This document shows positions 1-6,854 of a DNA stretch of 25,205 bases, one piece after another. Numbering within the stretch: the first letter of the stretch is position 1; each line of letters opens with the position of its first letter. Origin of the DNA: a virus (lineage: Duplodnaviria; Heunggongvirae; Uroviricota; Caudoviricetes); IMG/VR virus record IMGVR_UViG_2541047688_000007, positions 1 through 25,205 of that record. The stretch is one strand, 5' to 3'. The translations under genes and the position numbers were made by a program. The notes below the pieces were generated by a model, which had not been told where the DNA came from, did no database searches, and saw only the letters and a list, made by a program, of their open reading frames with translations.

Positions 1-141
1 TTACTCAAAAAAAAGCGACGAGAAAATCAGCATCAACGAACAATAAGCGCCAATACGTGATAACAAATGGCAGCCATATTTATCTGCAGTATAAGCAATG
101 GACAGGATAACCACACCAGAAACCGTCAGCATAAAATCCAT
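1..141 (-). CDS. hypothetical small hydrophobic peptide (46 aa)
   Basis: Complete minus-strand ORF below the length cut-off of the supplied track: ATG at 139-141, TAA at 1-3, translation MDFMLTVSGVVILSIAYTADKYGCHLLSRIGAYCSLMLIFSSLFFE; GGGGAAG SD-like motif ~6 nt upstream; no homolog recognised. Confidence 0.2.
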   Translation of the reverse strand: MDFMLTVSGVVILSIAYTADKYGCHLLSRIGAYCSLMLIFSSLFFE

Positions 142-491
142 TTGAACTTCCCCGGACAAAATCGACTCATCTAAAGATTTACAGCTCTTTTTATTATCAA
201 TATGTTAAAAGTAAAATAAACAGATGTTCAATAACACGAATACAAAAACGTGCTGAAATTCAATGAATCCATTTCTGTGTCATCAATTAATAGTGATAAA
301 CATCCGGCTTCTTCCACCATCGCACCGGACAGGCGACTATGAGGGGACAACGCCGCGCTCCGTTAACGCGGTAAACCCCGGTGTGTATCGTTTTTGATTA
401 TCCCCGCACACTCGCGCAGAGGAGTCTCCCTGTCGGGCTGCGGTCTCTGTTAATGAGGGAATACAGCGACGATACGGCGCATCAACAAAAC

Positions 492-965
492 TTATTTCAG
501 GCACTGAGTGCGGATATAGTCCTGTGCCCCTTCCAGTTGCTTGTGCATCGTCATCAGCCGCTCTCTGAGGGTGAAATAATCCCGTGTAACGGTGTCTGCC
601 AGTTGGGGGCCGGTTGCATTATCCACGCCGGAGGTGGTGGGGGCTTCACGCACGGAGCCTGGACAGGTGGCGTTGATCCGCAGGCGCTTACGACCAGCGG
701 CAACATCAGCGCGCAGAGTTTCATTTTCAGCTCTCGCATCGGATAATTCCCTCGAGTATTTTGCATCGAGCGCAGCAACATCGCGCTGGCGCACCTGCAT
801 ATCAGTAATGGTTGCGTTCGCCAGCTTCAGTTCACTGGCTTTGTTATCGCGCTGCGCTTTGTAGGTAATCGCGTTATCACGGTAATGGTCTGTTGCCATC
901 CACAGCGCACCACAGGCCACCAGCAGAATAACGATAAACGCGGAAAGCATTCGGTTTATGTTCAC
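492..965 (-). CDS. Rz: i-spanin Rz (inner-membrane spanin subunit)
   Basis: 157-aa ORF with N-terminal TM segment and clear by-eye similarity to lambda Rz ([27 protein letters not shown]); apparent GTG start at 963-965 overlapping the stop of the upstream small ORF (GTGA); alternative ATG at 948-950. Confidence 0.85.
   Translation of the reverse strand: MNINRMLSAFIVILLVACGALWMATDHYRDNAITYKAQRDNKASELKLANATITDMQVRQRDVAALDAKYSRELSDARAENETLRADVAAGRKRLRINATCPGSVREAPTTSGVDNATGPQLADTVTRDYFTLRERLMTMHKQLEGAQDYIRTQCLK
554..739 (-). CDS. Rz1: o-spanin Rz1 lipoprotein, embedded in the +1 frame of Rz
   Basis: Embedded [25 protein letters not shown]... with lipobox (VSAC) and proline-rich [11 protein letters not shown] core as in lambda Rz1; start chosen at internal Met by analogy with lambda Rz1 length (~60 aa); track ORF 554..781 is the unprocessed reading frame. 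Confidence 0.7.
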   Translation of the reverse strand: MRELKMKLCALMLPLVVSACGSTPPVQAPCVKPPPPPAWIMQPAPNWQTPLHGIISPSESG

Positions 966-1093
966 CCCAGCAACCCCGACGAAGACAACATCATCCAGGC
1001 CATGGAAAGAAAAAGAGCAACCAGCATTAGTGAAAATGAAATGCCGACAATTACACAGAGGATCTTCGCCAGCGTTATGAGTTTGTCTGACAT
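962..1093 (-). CDS. hypothetical single-TM peptide (43 aa) between endolysin and Rz
   Basis: ATG at 1091-1093 preceded by GGGAGG SD at ~7 nt; [43 protein letters not shown]; stop overlaps Rz start. Confidence 0.35.
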   Translation of the reverse strand: MSDKLITLAKILCVIVGISFSLMLVALFLSMAWMMLSSSGLLG

Positions 1094-1107
1094 GCTTAAT
1101 CCTCCCT

Positions 1108-1290
1108 TCACGATTTCAACGCAATGACCAGTTTTGCCAGCCCATACAGCATCGGGGACACAGCAACACCGACCGCCACCCACTTAATGGCAAAAGCCAG
1201 TGCTCTGCTGATGTCATCAGTTACAGGCGCTTTCAGTTCAAGGCCATTTTTCATAGTCAACCTCAACAGAATTCGTTTATACTTCGCCAT
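1108..1290 (-). CDS. hypothetical small membrane protein (60 aa)
   Basis: ATG at 1288-1290 preceded by AGGGAG SD; [60 protein letters not shown], hydrophobic C-terminal half; the track start at 1323 lies inside a terminator hairpin and was not used. Confidence 0.35.
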   Translation of the reverse strand: MAKYKRILLRLTMKNGLELKAPVTDDISRALAFAIKWVAVGVAVSPMLYGLAKLVIALKS

Positions 1291-1320
1291 GTTCTCCCTT
1301 GCCTTACTCAAGGTCAGAAA

Positions 1321-1360
1321 CACAAAACCCCGCTTGGTACCAACAAACGGGGTTTTTACT
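1321..1360. terminator. bidirectional rho-independent terminator-like hairpin between endolysin and downstream small ORFs
   Basis: CCCCG (1328-1332) pairs with CGGGG (1348-1352) around a palindromic TTGGTACCAA core; T-run follows on the plus strand (1353-1357) and A-run precedes (1324-1327), giving a T-run on both strands. Confidence 0.35.
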
Positions 1361-1446
1361 TTTATTCACTTACGTTTCGCCAGTTCGCAGGATTTCGTGT
1401 TATCCGCCCGCGTGGCCATACCTTATTTTTCAGCAAAATATTCTGC

Positions 1447-1980
1447 TTATCTGTCGATTCCCCAGCACGCCAGCGCGCTCTCCTGGTCACGACGGGATAC
1501 CTGACCATAACAGTTATTTGAGCGGATACGGCAGTCTCTGCCACCGTCCTTAATCCACCAGCGAATCGCCTCACACGCTCCCCTGCGATCACCTGCATTA
1601 ATTCGTTTATAAAACGTCGACGGGAAACACTTACCGGGACCAATGTTGTACGGACAGAATGACGCGATCCCCGCTTTCTGGGGTTCACTCAATGGCACTC
1701 TGATGTTTTTCTCCACCCATGCCAGCGCCTTATCACGCTCAATGGCGTTAACCCGGTCGCATTTTTCCTTCGACAACTTCATGCCCGGGACGACAGGTTT
1801 ACTATCCACCAGGATGGCACCGCGGCAGATGGTCCAGATACCCGCGCCATCACGGTATGCCGTGGTGTGGTTACCTTCCTTTTCATCCAGAAACTGGTCG
1901 AGGATTTCAGGCGCAGGCGCACCTGCGGCAATCAGCGCCAGAACGGCAGCCGACAGGCCGTATCTGATTTTTGCGTTCAT
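1447..1980 (-). CDS. R: endolysin, GH24 T4-lysozyme-like muramidase with N-terminal SAR/signal-anchor segment
   Basis: 177-aa ORF; catalytic E-x8-D-x5-T signature (EGNHTTAYRDGAGIWT); Gly/Ala-rich hydrophobic N-terminus (GLSAAVLALIAAGAPAP) as in SAR endolysins that partner with pinholins. Confidence 0.85.
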   Translation of the reverse strand: MNAKIRYGLSAAVLALIAAGAPAPEILDQFLDEKEGNHTTAYRDGAGIWTICRGAILVDSKPVVPGMKLSKEKCDRVNAIERDKALAWVEKNIRVPLSEPQKAGIASFCPYNIGPGKCFPSTFYKRINAGDRRGACEAIRWWIKDGGRDCRIRSNNCYGQVSRRDQESALACWGIDR

Positions 1981-2043
1981 GGATATTTATCAGGATTTAT
2001 CGGTTTCTGCCCACGGACAGGTTTATCTGTTCTGGTCAGTGAC

Positions 2044-2394
2044 TTAAGGTTGTGATTCCGGAGGAGTCTTCAGAGAACCAGTAATTCTTCCTGGTAGCTT
2101 TCCTTTGTAGGTTATCCACACATTCTGCGCCTCTAAAATTACGGGGCGCTTTTCCGGCGACTGCTCATCCCCTTCACATAACCCGGCAGCAACATCCAGG
2201 AAGACCTGTCTGATGCTCCTTCTGGCTGCTGCCTCATAAAACCCCAGCGCGGCACCTTCAACACGGTCCAGCGAGATGTCCAGGTCAAAAATTTCACCGT
2301 CAAAGCGTTTTTTGTCCCGTAACGCTAAAGTTACCGTAACTTTATTCTCAAAATTGCGGATCCCTTTCACAATCAGTTCATAGTTTTGAATCAT
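2044..2394 (-). CDS. hypothetical soluble protein (116 aa) inserted between holin and endolysin
   Basis: ORF starts 5 nt after the holin stop with GGAGAG SD ~7 nt upstream of ATG 2392-2394; hydrophilic sequence, no TM segment, no recognised motif. Confidence 0.5.
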   Translation of the reverse strand: MIQNYELIVKGIRNFENKVTVTLALRDKKRFDGEIFDLDISLDRVEGAALGFYEAAARRSIRQVFLDVAAGLCEGDEQSPEKRPVILEAQNVWITYKGKLPGRITGSLKTPPESQP

Positions 2395-2398
2395 TGAA

Positions 2399-2614
2399 TT
2401 ACTCTCCCCGCGCAGCCTTACGACGGTCCTCTCTGATTTTGAAATACAGGTTAGTCAGATATGTCAGGAAGCCCAGAACCAGACTCCCCAGTACACCAAT
2501 CGCAGCCCACTGTGACGGACTGACCTGATCAAGCCACTGTAAAAACCAGTAGCCAGCACTGCCTGCGGAGGTGCCGTAGGCAATGCCCGTTGAAATTTTA
2601 TCCATGGATTTCAT
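2399..2614 (-). CDS. S: holin, phage 21 S21-type pinholin (class II, dual-start)
   Basis: 71-aa product [71 protein letters not shown], which I recognise as essentially the phage 21 pinholin; dual-start motif M-K-S-M; strong GGAGGTGA SD; track ORF 2399..2713 over-extends upstream. Confidence 0.85.
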   Translation of the reverse strand: MKSMDKISTGIAYGTSAGSAGYWFLQWLDQVSPSQWAAIGVLGSLVLGFLTYLTNLYFKIREDRRKAARGE

Positions 2615-2751
2615 AGCCTCACCTCCGCAGCGAACGGATGGCGTAGTTATAAGGGGAGCGAAAAAGAAAGAATGCGCGATTGCGCAATATGGTAACGTCA
2701 GGGTATTATCCACTGGCTGAATAGATCACTTCACGTTTTTTGTTCCTTGCC

Positions 2752-2779
2752 GCCCGTATCCATATGCGGGCTTTTTTTT
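2752..2779 (+). terminator. rho-independent terminator-like hairpin, plus-strand oriented
   Basis: 8-bp stem GCCCGTAT/ATATGCGGGC (one G-U) with 4-nt loop, followed by T8 (2772-2779). Confidence 0.35.
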
Positions 2780-2785
2780 GCATGT

Positions 2786-2815
2786 AAAAAGGCCCCAACA
2801 CATGTGCGTGGGGCC
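2786..2815 (-). terminator. rho-independent terminator-like hairpin upstream of the lysis cassette
   Basis: Minus-strand GGCCCCA...TGGGGCC 7-bp stem with 11-nt loop followed by TTTTT (plus-strand A-run 2786-2790). Confidence 0.4.
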
Positions 2816-3015
2816 TGAGAGTATACATGGTTTCAGTCAACTGCATGGTGCCGGGTGCCTCCCGGTGAATTCAGTACCAGCACCTGAATCCGCGATTATC
2901 CCATATACCTACTCGCTGATTGCCCCTCCGCACAGGGGGATTCACCATGCCAGTTTCTTTTAACAAACTCCCCGCAAACCAGACAACAGTCAACCGCCTG
3001 AATTGTGAGACATTT

Positions 3016-3040
3016 AAAAAAAAGCCCGCAAAAGCGAGCC
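3016..3040 (-). terminator. rho-independent terminator immediately downstream of the tRNA cluster
   Basis: Minus-strand GCTCGC-TTTT-GCGGGC hairpin followed by T8 (plus-strand A-run 3016-3023), 15 nt after the tRNA-Arg(UCU) 3' end. Confidence 0.45.
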
Positions 3041-3054
3041 AGGGAAAATAAGTG

Positions 3055-3131
3055 TGGCGCGTTGTACTGGATTCGAACCAGTGACCGATTGCTTAGAAGG
3101 CAATTGCTCTGTCCGGCTGAGCTAACAACGC
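3055..3131 (-). tRNA. argO: tRNA-Arg (anticodon UCU)
   Basis: Hand-folded cloverleaf on minus strand: 7-bp acceptor GCGTTGT/ACAACGC, D-arm GCTC...GAGC, anticodon arm ATTGC-CTTCTAA-GCAAT (UCU), T-arm ACTGG-TTCGAAT-CCAGT, encoded CCA; symbol by analogy with the ileZ-argN-argO cluster of Stx/lambdoid phages. Confidence 0.8.
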
Positions 3132-3144
3132 AGGATACAGATAA

Positions 3145-3221
3145 TGGACCGCCTTCGGGGACCCGAACTCCGCGCAACCAGCTTCGAAGGCTGGCGCTCT
3201 TTCCTGATGAGCTAATGGCGG
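3145..3221 (-). tRNA. argN: tRNA-Arg (anticodon UCG), possibly degenerate
   Basis: Minus-strand cloverleaf with anticodon arm CCAGC-CTTCGAA-GCTGG (UCG) and encoded CCA, but one A-A mismatch in the acceptor stem and one A-C mismatch in the T-stem, G at T-loop position 58. Confidence 0.55.
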
Positions 3222-3228
3222 TATGTGA

Positions 3229-3304
3229 TGGTGGCCCTTGCTGGATTTGAACCAGCGACCTGGCGATTATGAGTCGCTCGCTCTCACCACTGAGCTAAAG
3301 GGCC
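3229..3304 (-). tRNA. ileZ: tRNA-Ile2 (anticodon CAU, lysidine-type; formally Met-like anticodon)
   Basis: Minus-strand cloverleaf GGCCCTT...AAGGGCC acceptor, anticodon loop CTCATAA (CAU), T-arm GCTGG-TTCAAAT-CCAGC, encoded CCA; very similar by eye to E. coli ileX-type tRNA. Confidence 0.8.
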
Positions 3305-3353
3305 GGGAGCAGAATAATAATGGTGCGTAATTAATTCTGCAATCTCATCCGTT

Positions 3354-4403
3354 TCAAACGATTAAATCCTGAACTTCCCTGACTGTCTGCTCAAAACGTC
3401 CGGTCTCCAGTTCAACGCCAATCGCACGACGCCCGAGCGCCAGTGCCGCTTTTACCGTTGAACCTGAGCCCATAAAAAAATCTGCAACCAGGTCACCCGG
3501 ACGACTGCTTGCGCTGATTATCTGCTGCAGCATTTCTGCCGGTTTTTCGCACGGATGTTTCCCGGGATAGAACTGCACCGGTTTATGTGTCCATACATCC
3601 GTGTACGGCACCTGCGCCGTCACACCAAAATACCGCCGCAGATGCTTATATTCACTCTGCAGCTCCACATACTGCCGGTTCAGTGACGTATACGTATCCA
3701 CCAGCTGGTGGTGGGGCTTTTCCAGTTCACCGCGCTGATGTTTCTCTTCTGCCACCCGGGCAAACAGCGACTGTAATTTCAGATAATCGCTTTCGTTCGG
3801 TAGCTGCCACTGACTGGCACTGAACCAGTGCGACACCATGTTTTTCTTTCCTGTGACATCTGCAATCTGTTTTGCCGTTATCCCCAGGGCCGCGCGCGCA
3901 TCACGAAAGTAAGAAATCAGCGGGGCCATCACATGCTGTTTCAGTGCACTGCCCTTCGCCGCATACCCGGCATCTTTCGGACGATACGGCCCCTGATAAT
4001 GTTCCGCGAACAGAATGCGCTCTGTGGCGGGGAAATACGCCCGCAGGCTTTCCTTGTTGCATCCGTTCCAGCGTCCGGACGGCTTCGCCCAGATAATATG
4101 GTTCAGCACACTGAAGCGTTCACGCATCATGATTTCGATATCAGATGCCAGGCGATGACCACAGAACAGGTAAAGACTTCCGGCAGGTTTCAGCACCCGC
4201 CAGAACTGCGCCAGACACTGGTCCAGCCACTTCAGGTAATCATCGTCGCCCTTCCACTGGTTATCCCAGCCCTCAGGCTTCACTTTAAAGTACGGCGGGT
4301 CCGTGACTATCAGGTCAACAGAATTTTCGGGTAACGACCGGATAAATTCCAGGCAGTCGGCGTTGATTAACTCACAACTGGATATTTTTACAGTATTAAG
4401 CAT
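3354..4403 (-). CDS. DNA amino-methyltransferase (N6-adenine or N4-cytosine), beta-class
   Basis: 349-aa ORF with catalytic DPPY motif near N-terminus (LIVTDPPYF) and AdoMet-binding FxGxG motif near C-terminus (DFFMGSGST). Confidence 0.85.
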   Translation of the reverse strand: MLNTVKISSCELINADCLEFIRSLPENSVDLIVTDPPYFKVKPEGWDNQWKGDDDYLKWLDQCLAQFWRVLKPAGSLYLFCGHRLASDIEIMMRERFSVLNHIIWAKPSGRWNGCNKESLRAYFPATERILFAEHYQGPYRPKDAGYAAKGSALKQHVMAPLISYFRDARAALGITAKQIADVTGKKNMVSHWFSASQWQLPNESDYLKLQSLFARVAEEKHQRGELEKPHHQLVDTYTSLNRQYVELQSEYKHLRRYFGVTAQVPYTDVWTHKPVQFYPGKHPCEKPAEMLQQIISASSRPGDLVADFFMGSGSTVKAALALGRRAIGVELETGRFEQTVREVQDLIV

Positions 4404-4540
4404 GGATCATTAAGCCTGTCTCTGATAGGCTCATTCTGCTTTTGCGCAAAGCAGTGGGCCTGAGGTTTGCTTGTGAACCCAACGCATGAGCAGATGGCTG
4501 GTGGGTGCCCCTAACACCCACCAGCCGCCCATTTACCACA

Positions 4541-4567
4541 AATAAAAAAGCCTTCACTGCGGAAGGC
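4541..4567 (-). terminator. rho-independent terminator after small wHTH gene
   Basis: Minus-strand GCCTTC-CGCAGT-GAAGGC hairpin followed by TTTTTTATTT; hairpin overlaps the stop codon at 4554-4556. Confidence 0.45.
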
Positions 4568-4751
4568 GTCTGTAACAACCGAACTGATAGTCTGCCAGAC
4601 CCGCCATAACCAGCTGGGTCAGTATTAACTGGCAGCGTTCGCGTGAAAGGTAAGTATTCTGCGCTATCTCCCCGACTGTCGCCGGTTCGGTAACGCTTAA
4701 TTCATTAAACACTACTCTGGCGGTTTCTGTCATATCCTGCTGTTTTAGCAT
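4554..4751 (-). CDS. small winged-helix/HTH-like DNA-binding protein (65 aa), hypothetical regulator
   Basis: Internal ATG at 4749-4751 with AAGGGA SD; MLKQQDMTETARVVFNELSVTEPATVGEIAQNTYLSRERCQLILTQLVMAGLADYQFGCYRRLPQ has an HTH-like core; the 144-aa track form has a low-quality N-terminal extension running through a terminator and the neighbouring promoter. Confidence 0.45.
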   Translation of the reverse strand: MLKQQDMTETARVVFNELSVTEPATVGEIAQNTYLSRERCQLILTQLVMAGLADYQFGCYRRLPQ

Positions 4752-4874
4752 GTCTTTTTCCCTTTTCCGGTTAACGTGACACACCAATAACTCTTGTCGA
4801 AAAAGCCAGCAAGCTGAAAGACAGGTATTCGCAACCACCAGCACGTTTAACGTACTGCGCCGTTTTTCGGACAC

Positions 4875-4895
4875 AAAAAACCGCCTGGCGGCGGG
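4875..4895 (-). terminator. rho-independent terminator-like hairpin (minus strand)
   Basis: Minus-strand CCGCC-GCCA-GGCGG hairpin followed by TTTTTT (plus-strand A6 at 4875-4880). Confidence 0.35.
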
Positions 4896-4943
4896 TTTAA
4901 GCTGTGTGGCGTAGTAACCACTCTTAACACGATATAATATTTT

Positions 4944-4972
4944 TTGCGTACGCGTTATAGTTTTCTTACAAT
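4944..4972 (+). promoter_or_regulatory. candidate sigma70 promoter for the DUF262-HEPN operon
   Basis: TTGCGT (4944-4949), 17-bp spacer, TACAAT (4967-4972), about 30 nt upstream of the AAAGGAAC SD and ATG at 5005. Confidence 0.45.
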
Positions 4973-5004
4973 CTATTTCCAACTCCAATTAAAGGAACAG
5001 TGAT

Positions 5005-6162
5005 ATGACCACACTCAAAGAACTCAAAGAAGAGCTTGCTCAGATTCAAGATGAAAACGCGAAAAATAGAAAAAAAGCTGAAATTGCAGCCTTGGTCACT
5101 TCTGCCGACAACGAGATTAGGCTTGCTCAGAGAAATATTGGATACAACGTACGTGAATGGACCGTTGAATTAATTGTACAAAAGTATGGCAATAATCTTG
5201 AAACTGACAAAAACGAACTTTTTATTCCTGATTATCAACGCGATTACAAATGGGATATCAAAACAGCCTCTCGATTCATCGAAAGTATATTATTAGATTT
5301 TCCAATCCCGTACCTCTACATCTCCGACGTATTTAATGAAGATCCTGAGTTGGATGGTCGTGTAGAAATTATTGACGGTTCACAAAGGATTCGCTCAATT
5401 TACTACTTTTGGAACAATCAGTTTGAATTGAAAGACTTAAAAGAACTCAAAAGTTTAGAGGGCTTCAAATTTTCAGATCTTTTGGCTAGCCGCCAGAGGC
5501 GATTTTTAAGGGCATCACTAAGATTTATTGAATTGAAAGGTGATGTTGAGGAGCAGCATAGAAGAGATTTATTCGAAAGAATAAATTCAGGTGTTAAGAG
5601 ACTGGAAGCGATGGAGGTTAGACATGGTTCAGATGCGGCCACTTCAATTTTCTATAGGGATGTTGTGACTCCTTGCTCAACAAATCCACTTTTCGCTAGT
5701 CTAGCTCCATTATCAGATCGGAAACGTTCGAATGGCGATCATCGTGAGTTAGTTTTGAGATTTTTTGCATACTTAAATGATTTAGAAAATTATAAGGGTT
5801 ATGTCGCTCCTTTTATTGACAATTATCTTAATGTTCAGGCCGAAAGGGTCACACAACAAGATGTAGACAAATTTAAACATGATTTTGAAAGCATGCTTGC
5901 TTTTGTAGATGCTCATTTCCCTATGGGGTTTAAAAAGACACCAACAAGCAAAACCACCCCCCGTGCTAGATACGAAGCCATAGCAGTGGGAACTGCTCTT
6001 GCCTTAAAAGCCAATCCACATCTACAGGCTCCGGTTATTCCTGTAGGAGACTGGCTGTTTGGGGAGGAATTTGAAACCATAGTTACTGCTGATAGTGCCA
6101 ACAACACCAGCCAACTCAAAAACAGAATATTTTATGTCAAAGATAAATTATTAGGAATGTAA
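5005..6162 (+). CDS. DUF262 (ParB/Srx-like) domain protein, GmrS-type N-terminal module without recognisable DUF1524 nuclease domain
   Basis: 385-aa ORF; DUF262 signatures FIPDYQRDYKW and IIDGSQRIRS (DGQQR-type motif); no His-Me finger motif seen in C-terminal half; AT-rich codon usage. Confidence 0.75.
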   Translation: MTTLKELKEELAQIQDENAKNRKKAEIAALVTSADNEIRLAQRNIGYNVREWTVELIVQKYGNNLETDKNELFIPDYQRDYKWDIKTASRFIESILLDFPIPYLYISDVFNEDPELDGRVEIIDGSQRIRSIYYFWNNQFELKDLKELKSLEGFKFSDLLASRQRRFLRASLRFIELKGDVEEQHRRDLFERINSGVKRLEAMEVRHGSDAATSIFYRDVVTPCSTNPLFASLAPLSDRKRSNGDHRELVLRFFAYLNDLENYKGYVAPFIDNYLNVQAERVTQQDVDKFKHDFESMLAFVDAHFPMGFKKTPTSKTTPRARYEAIAVGTALALKANPHLQAPVIPVGDWLFGEEFETIVTADSANNTSQLKNRIFYVKDKLLGM

Positions 6163-6164
6163 CT

Positions 6165-6854
6165 ATGAGTTTGATTGATTTAAGAGATGAATACGAAGAA
6201 AGAGCAAGAGATATTATGGAATTGCTTTCTCTTGCGTCATCTTTAGAGGCTCAGACTCAGCAGTTAGATCAGCAAACGCATAAAGATGAAATAGAATCAA
6301 ATACCCTTAGGGTTAACATTTTAAAATCATCCGTGCACATGATGCTGTACAATCAGGTTGAAAACACTGCCAGAGGATGCATTGAGTCAATTTATGACCA
6401 TTTGCAAGATAATGAAGTAAATTACGCATCACTCAGGGAGAAATTCCAAGTAAATATCTTGCACCGTATCATTTCAGATAATGAATCGGGAAAATCTCTT
6501 TATCAAAAAATTGGTTCCGATATATCTAAAAGGATCATTTCAGCCTCATTAAACATACGTAAAGAATTCAATGGTAATGTTTGCAAGTCTGTATTGCACA
6601 AAATAACACAAGCTTACGGAATAACTGTTGCAAACTCACCAGAGTGTAGAAATGGTGTTGACTTAGATTTACTTAAAGATATCAGAAATGAGCTGGCACA
6701 TGGAAGTACCAGCTTTTCTAAAAAAGGTCAAATAGACCCTTTAGAAGAAGTCAAATCGAGGTCAGAAAGAATTGATCTATATTTGCGTTTATTAATCAAC
6801 TCAACAGAAAATTATATTACCTCTAACGGGTATTTATCCCCTCAACATGTCTGA
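6165..6854 (+). CDS. HEPN-like domain protein (putative RNase/abortive-infection effector)
   Basis: 229-aa ORF starting 2 nt after the DUF262 stop; C-terminal R-x4-H-G motif DIRNELAHG (residues ~174-180) typical of HEPN superfamily; assignment from motif only. Confidence 0.6.
   Translation: MSLIDLRDEYEERARDIMELLSLASSLEAQTQQLDQQTHKDEIESNTLRVNILKSSVHMMLYNQVENTARGCIESIYDHLQDNEVNYASLREKFQVNILHRIISDNESGKSLYQKIGSDISKRIISASLNIRKEFNGNVCKSVLHKITQAYGITVANSPECRNGVDLDLLKDIRNELAHGSTSFSKKGQIDPLEEVKSRSERIDLYLRLLINSTENYITSNGYLSPQHV

Noticed and set aside
381-864. Plus-strand ORFs 381..746 and 592..864
   Set aside because: Antisense to the well-supported Rz/Rz1 genes; Gly/Ala/Arg-rich translations typical of the reverse strand of a GC-rich gene; no RBS.
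2615-3054. Possible toxin (stx-like) or other cargo gene between the tRNA cluster and the holin
   Set aside because: No ORF of meaningful length on either strand; the interval holds only hairpin/terminator-like elements.
3828-4334. Plus-strand ORFs 3587..3823, 3828..4334 and 3872..4096
   Set aside because: Lie antisense within the methyltransferase gene, which has intact catalytic motifs; low-complexity translations.
4752-4988. N-terminal extension of the 144-aa track ORF 4554..4988
   Set aside because: The extension runs through a terminator hairpin and the divergent promoter and has an odd composition; an internal ATG with a good SD gives a compact 65-aa HTH-like protein instead.
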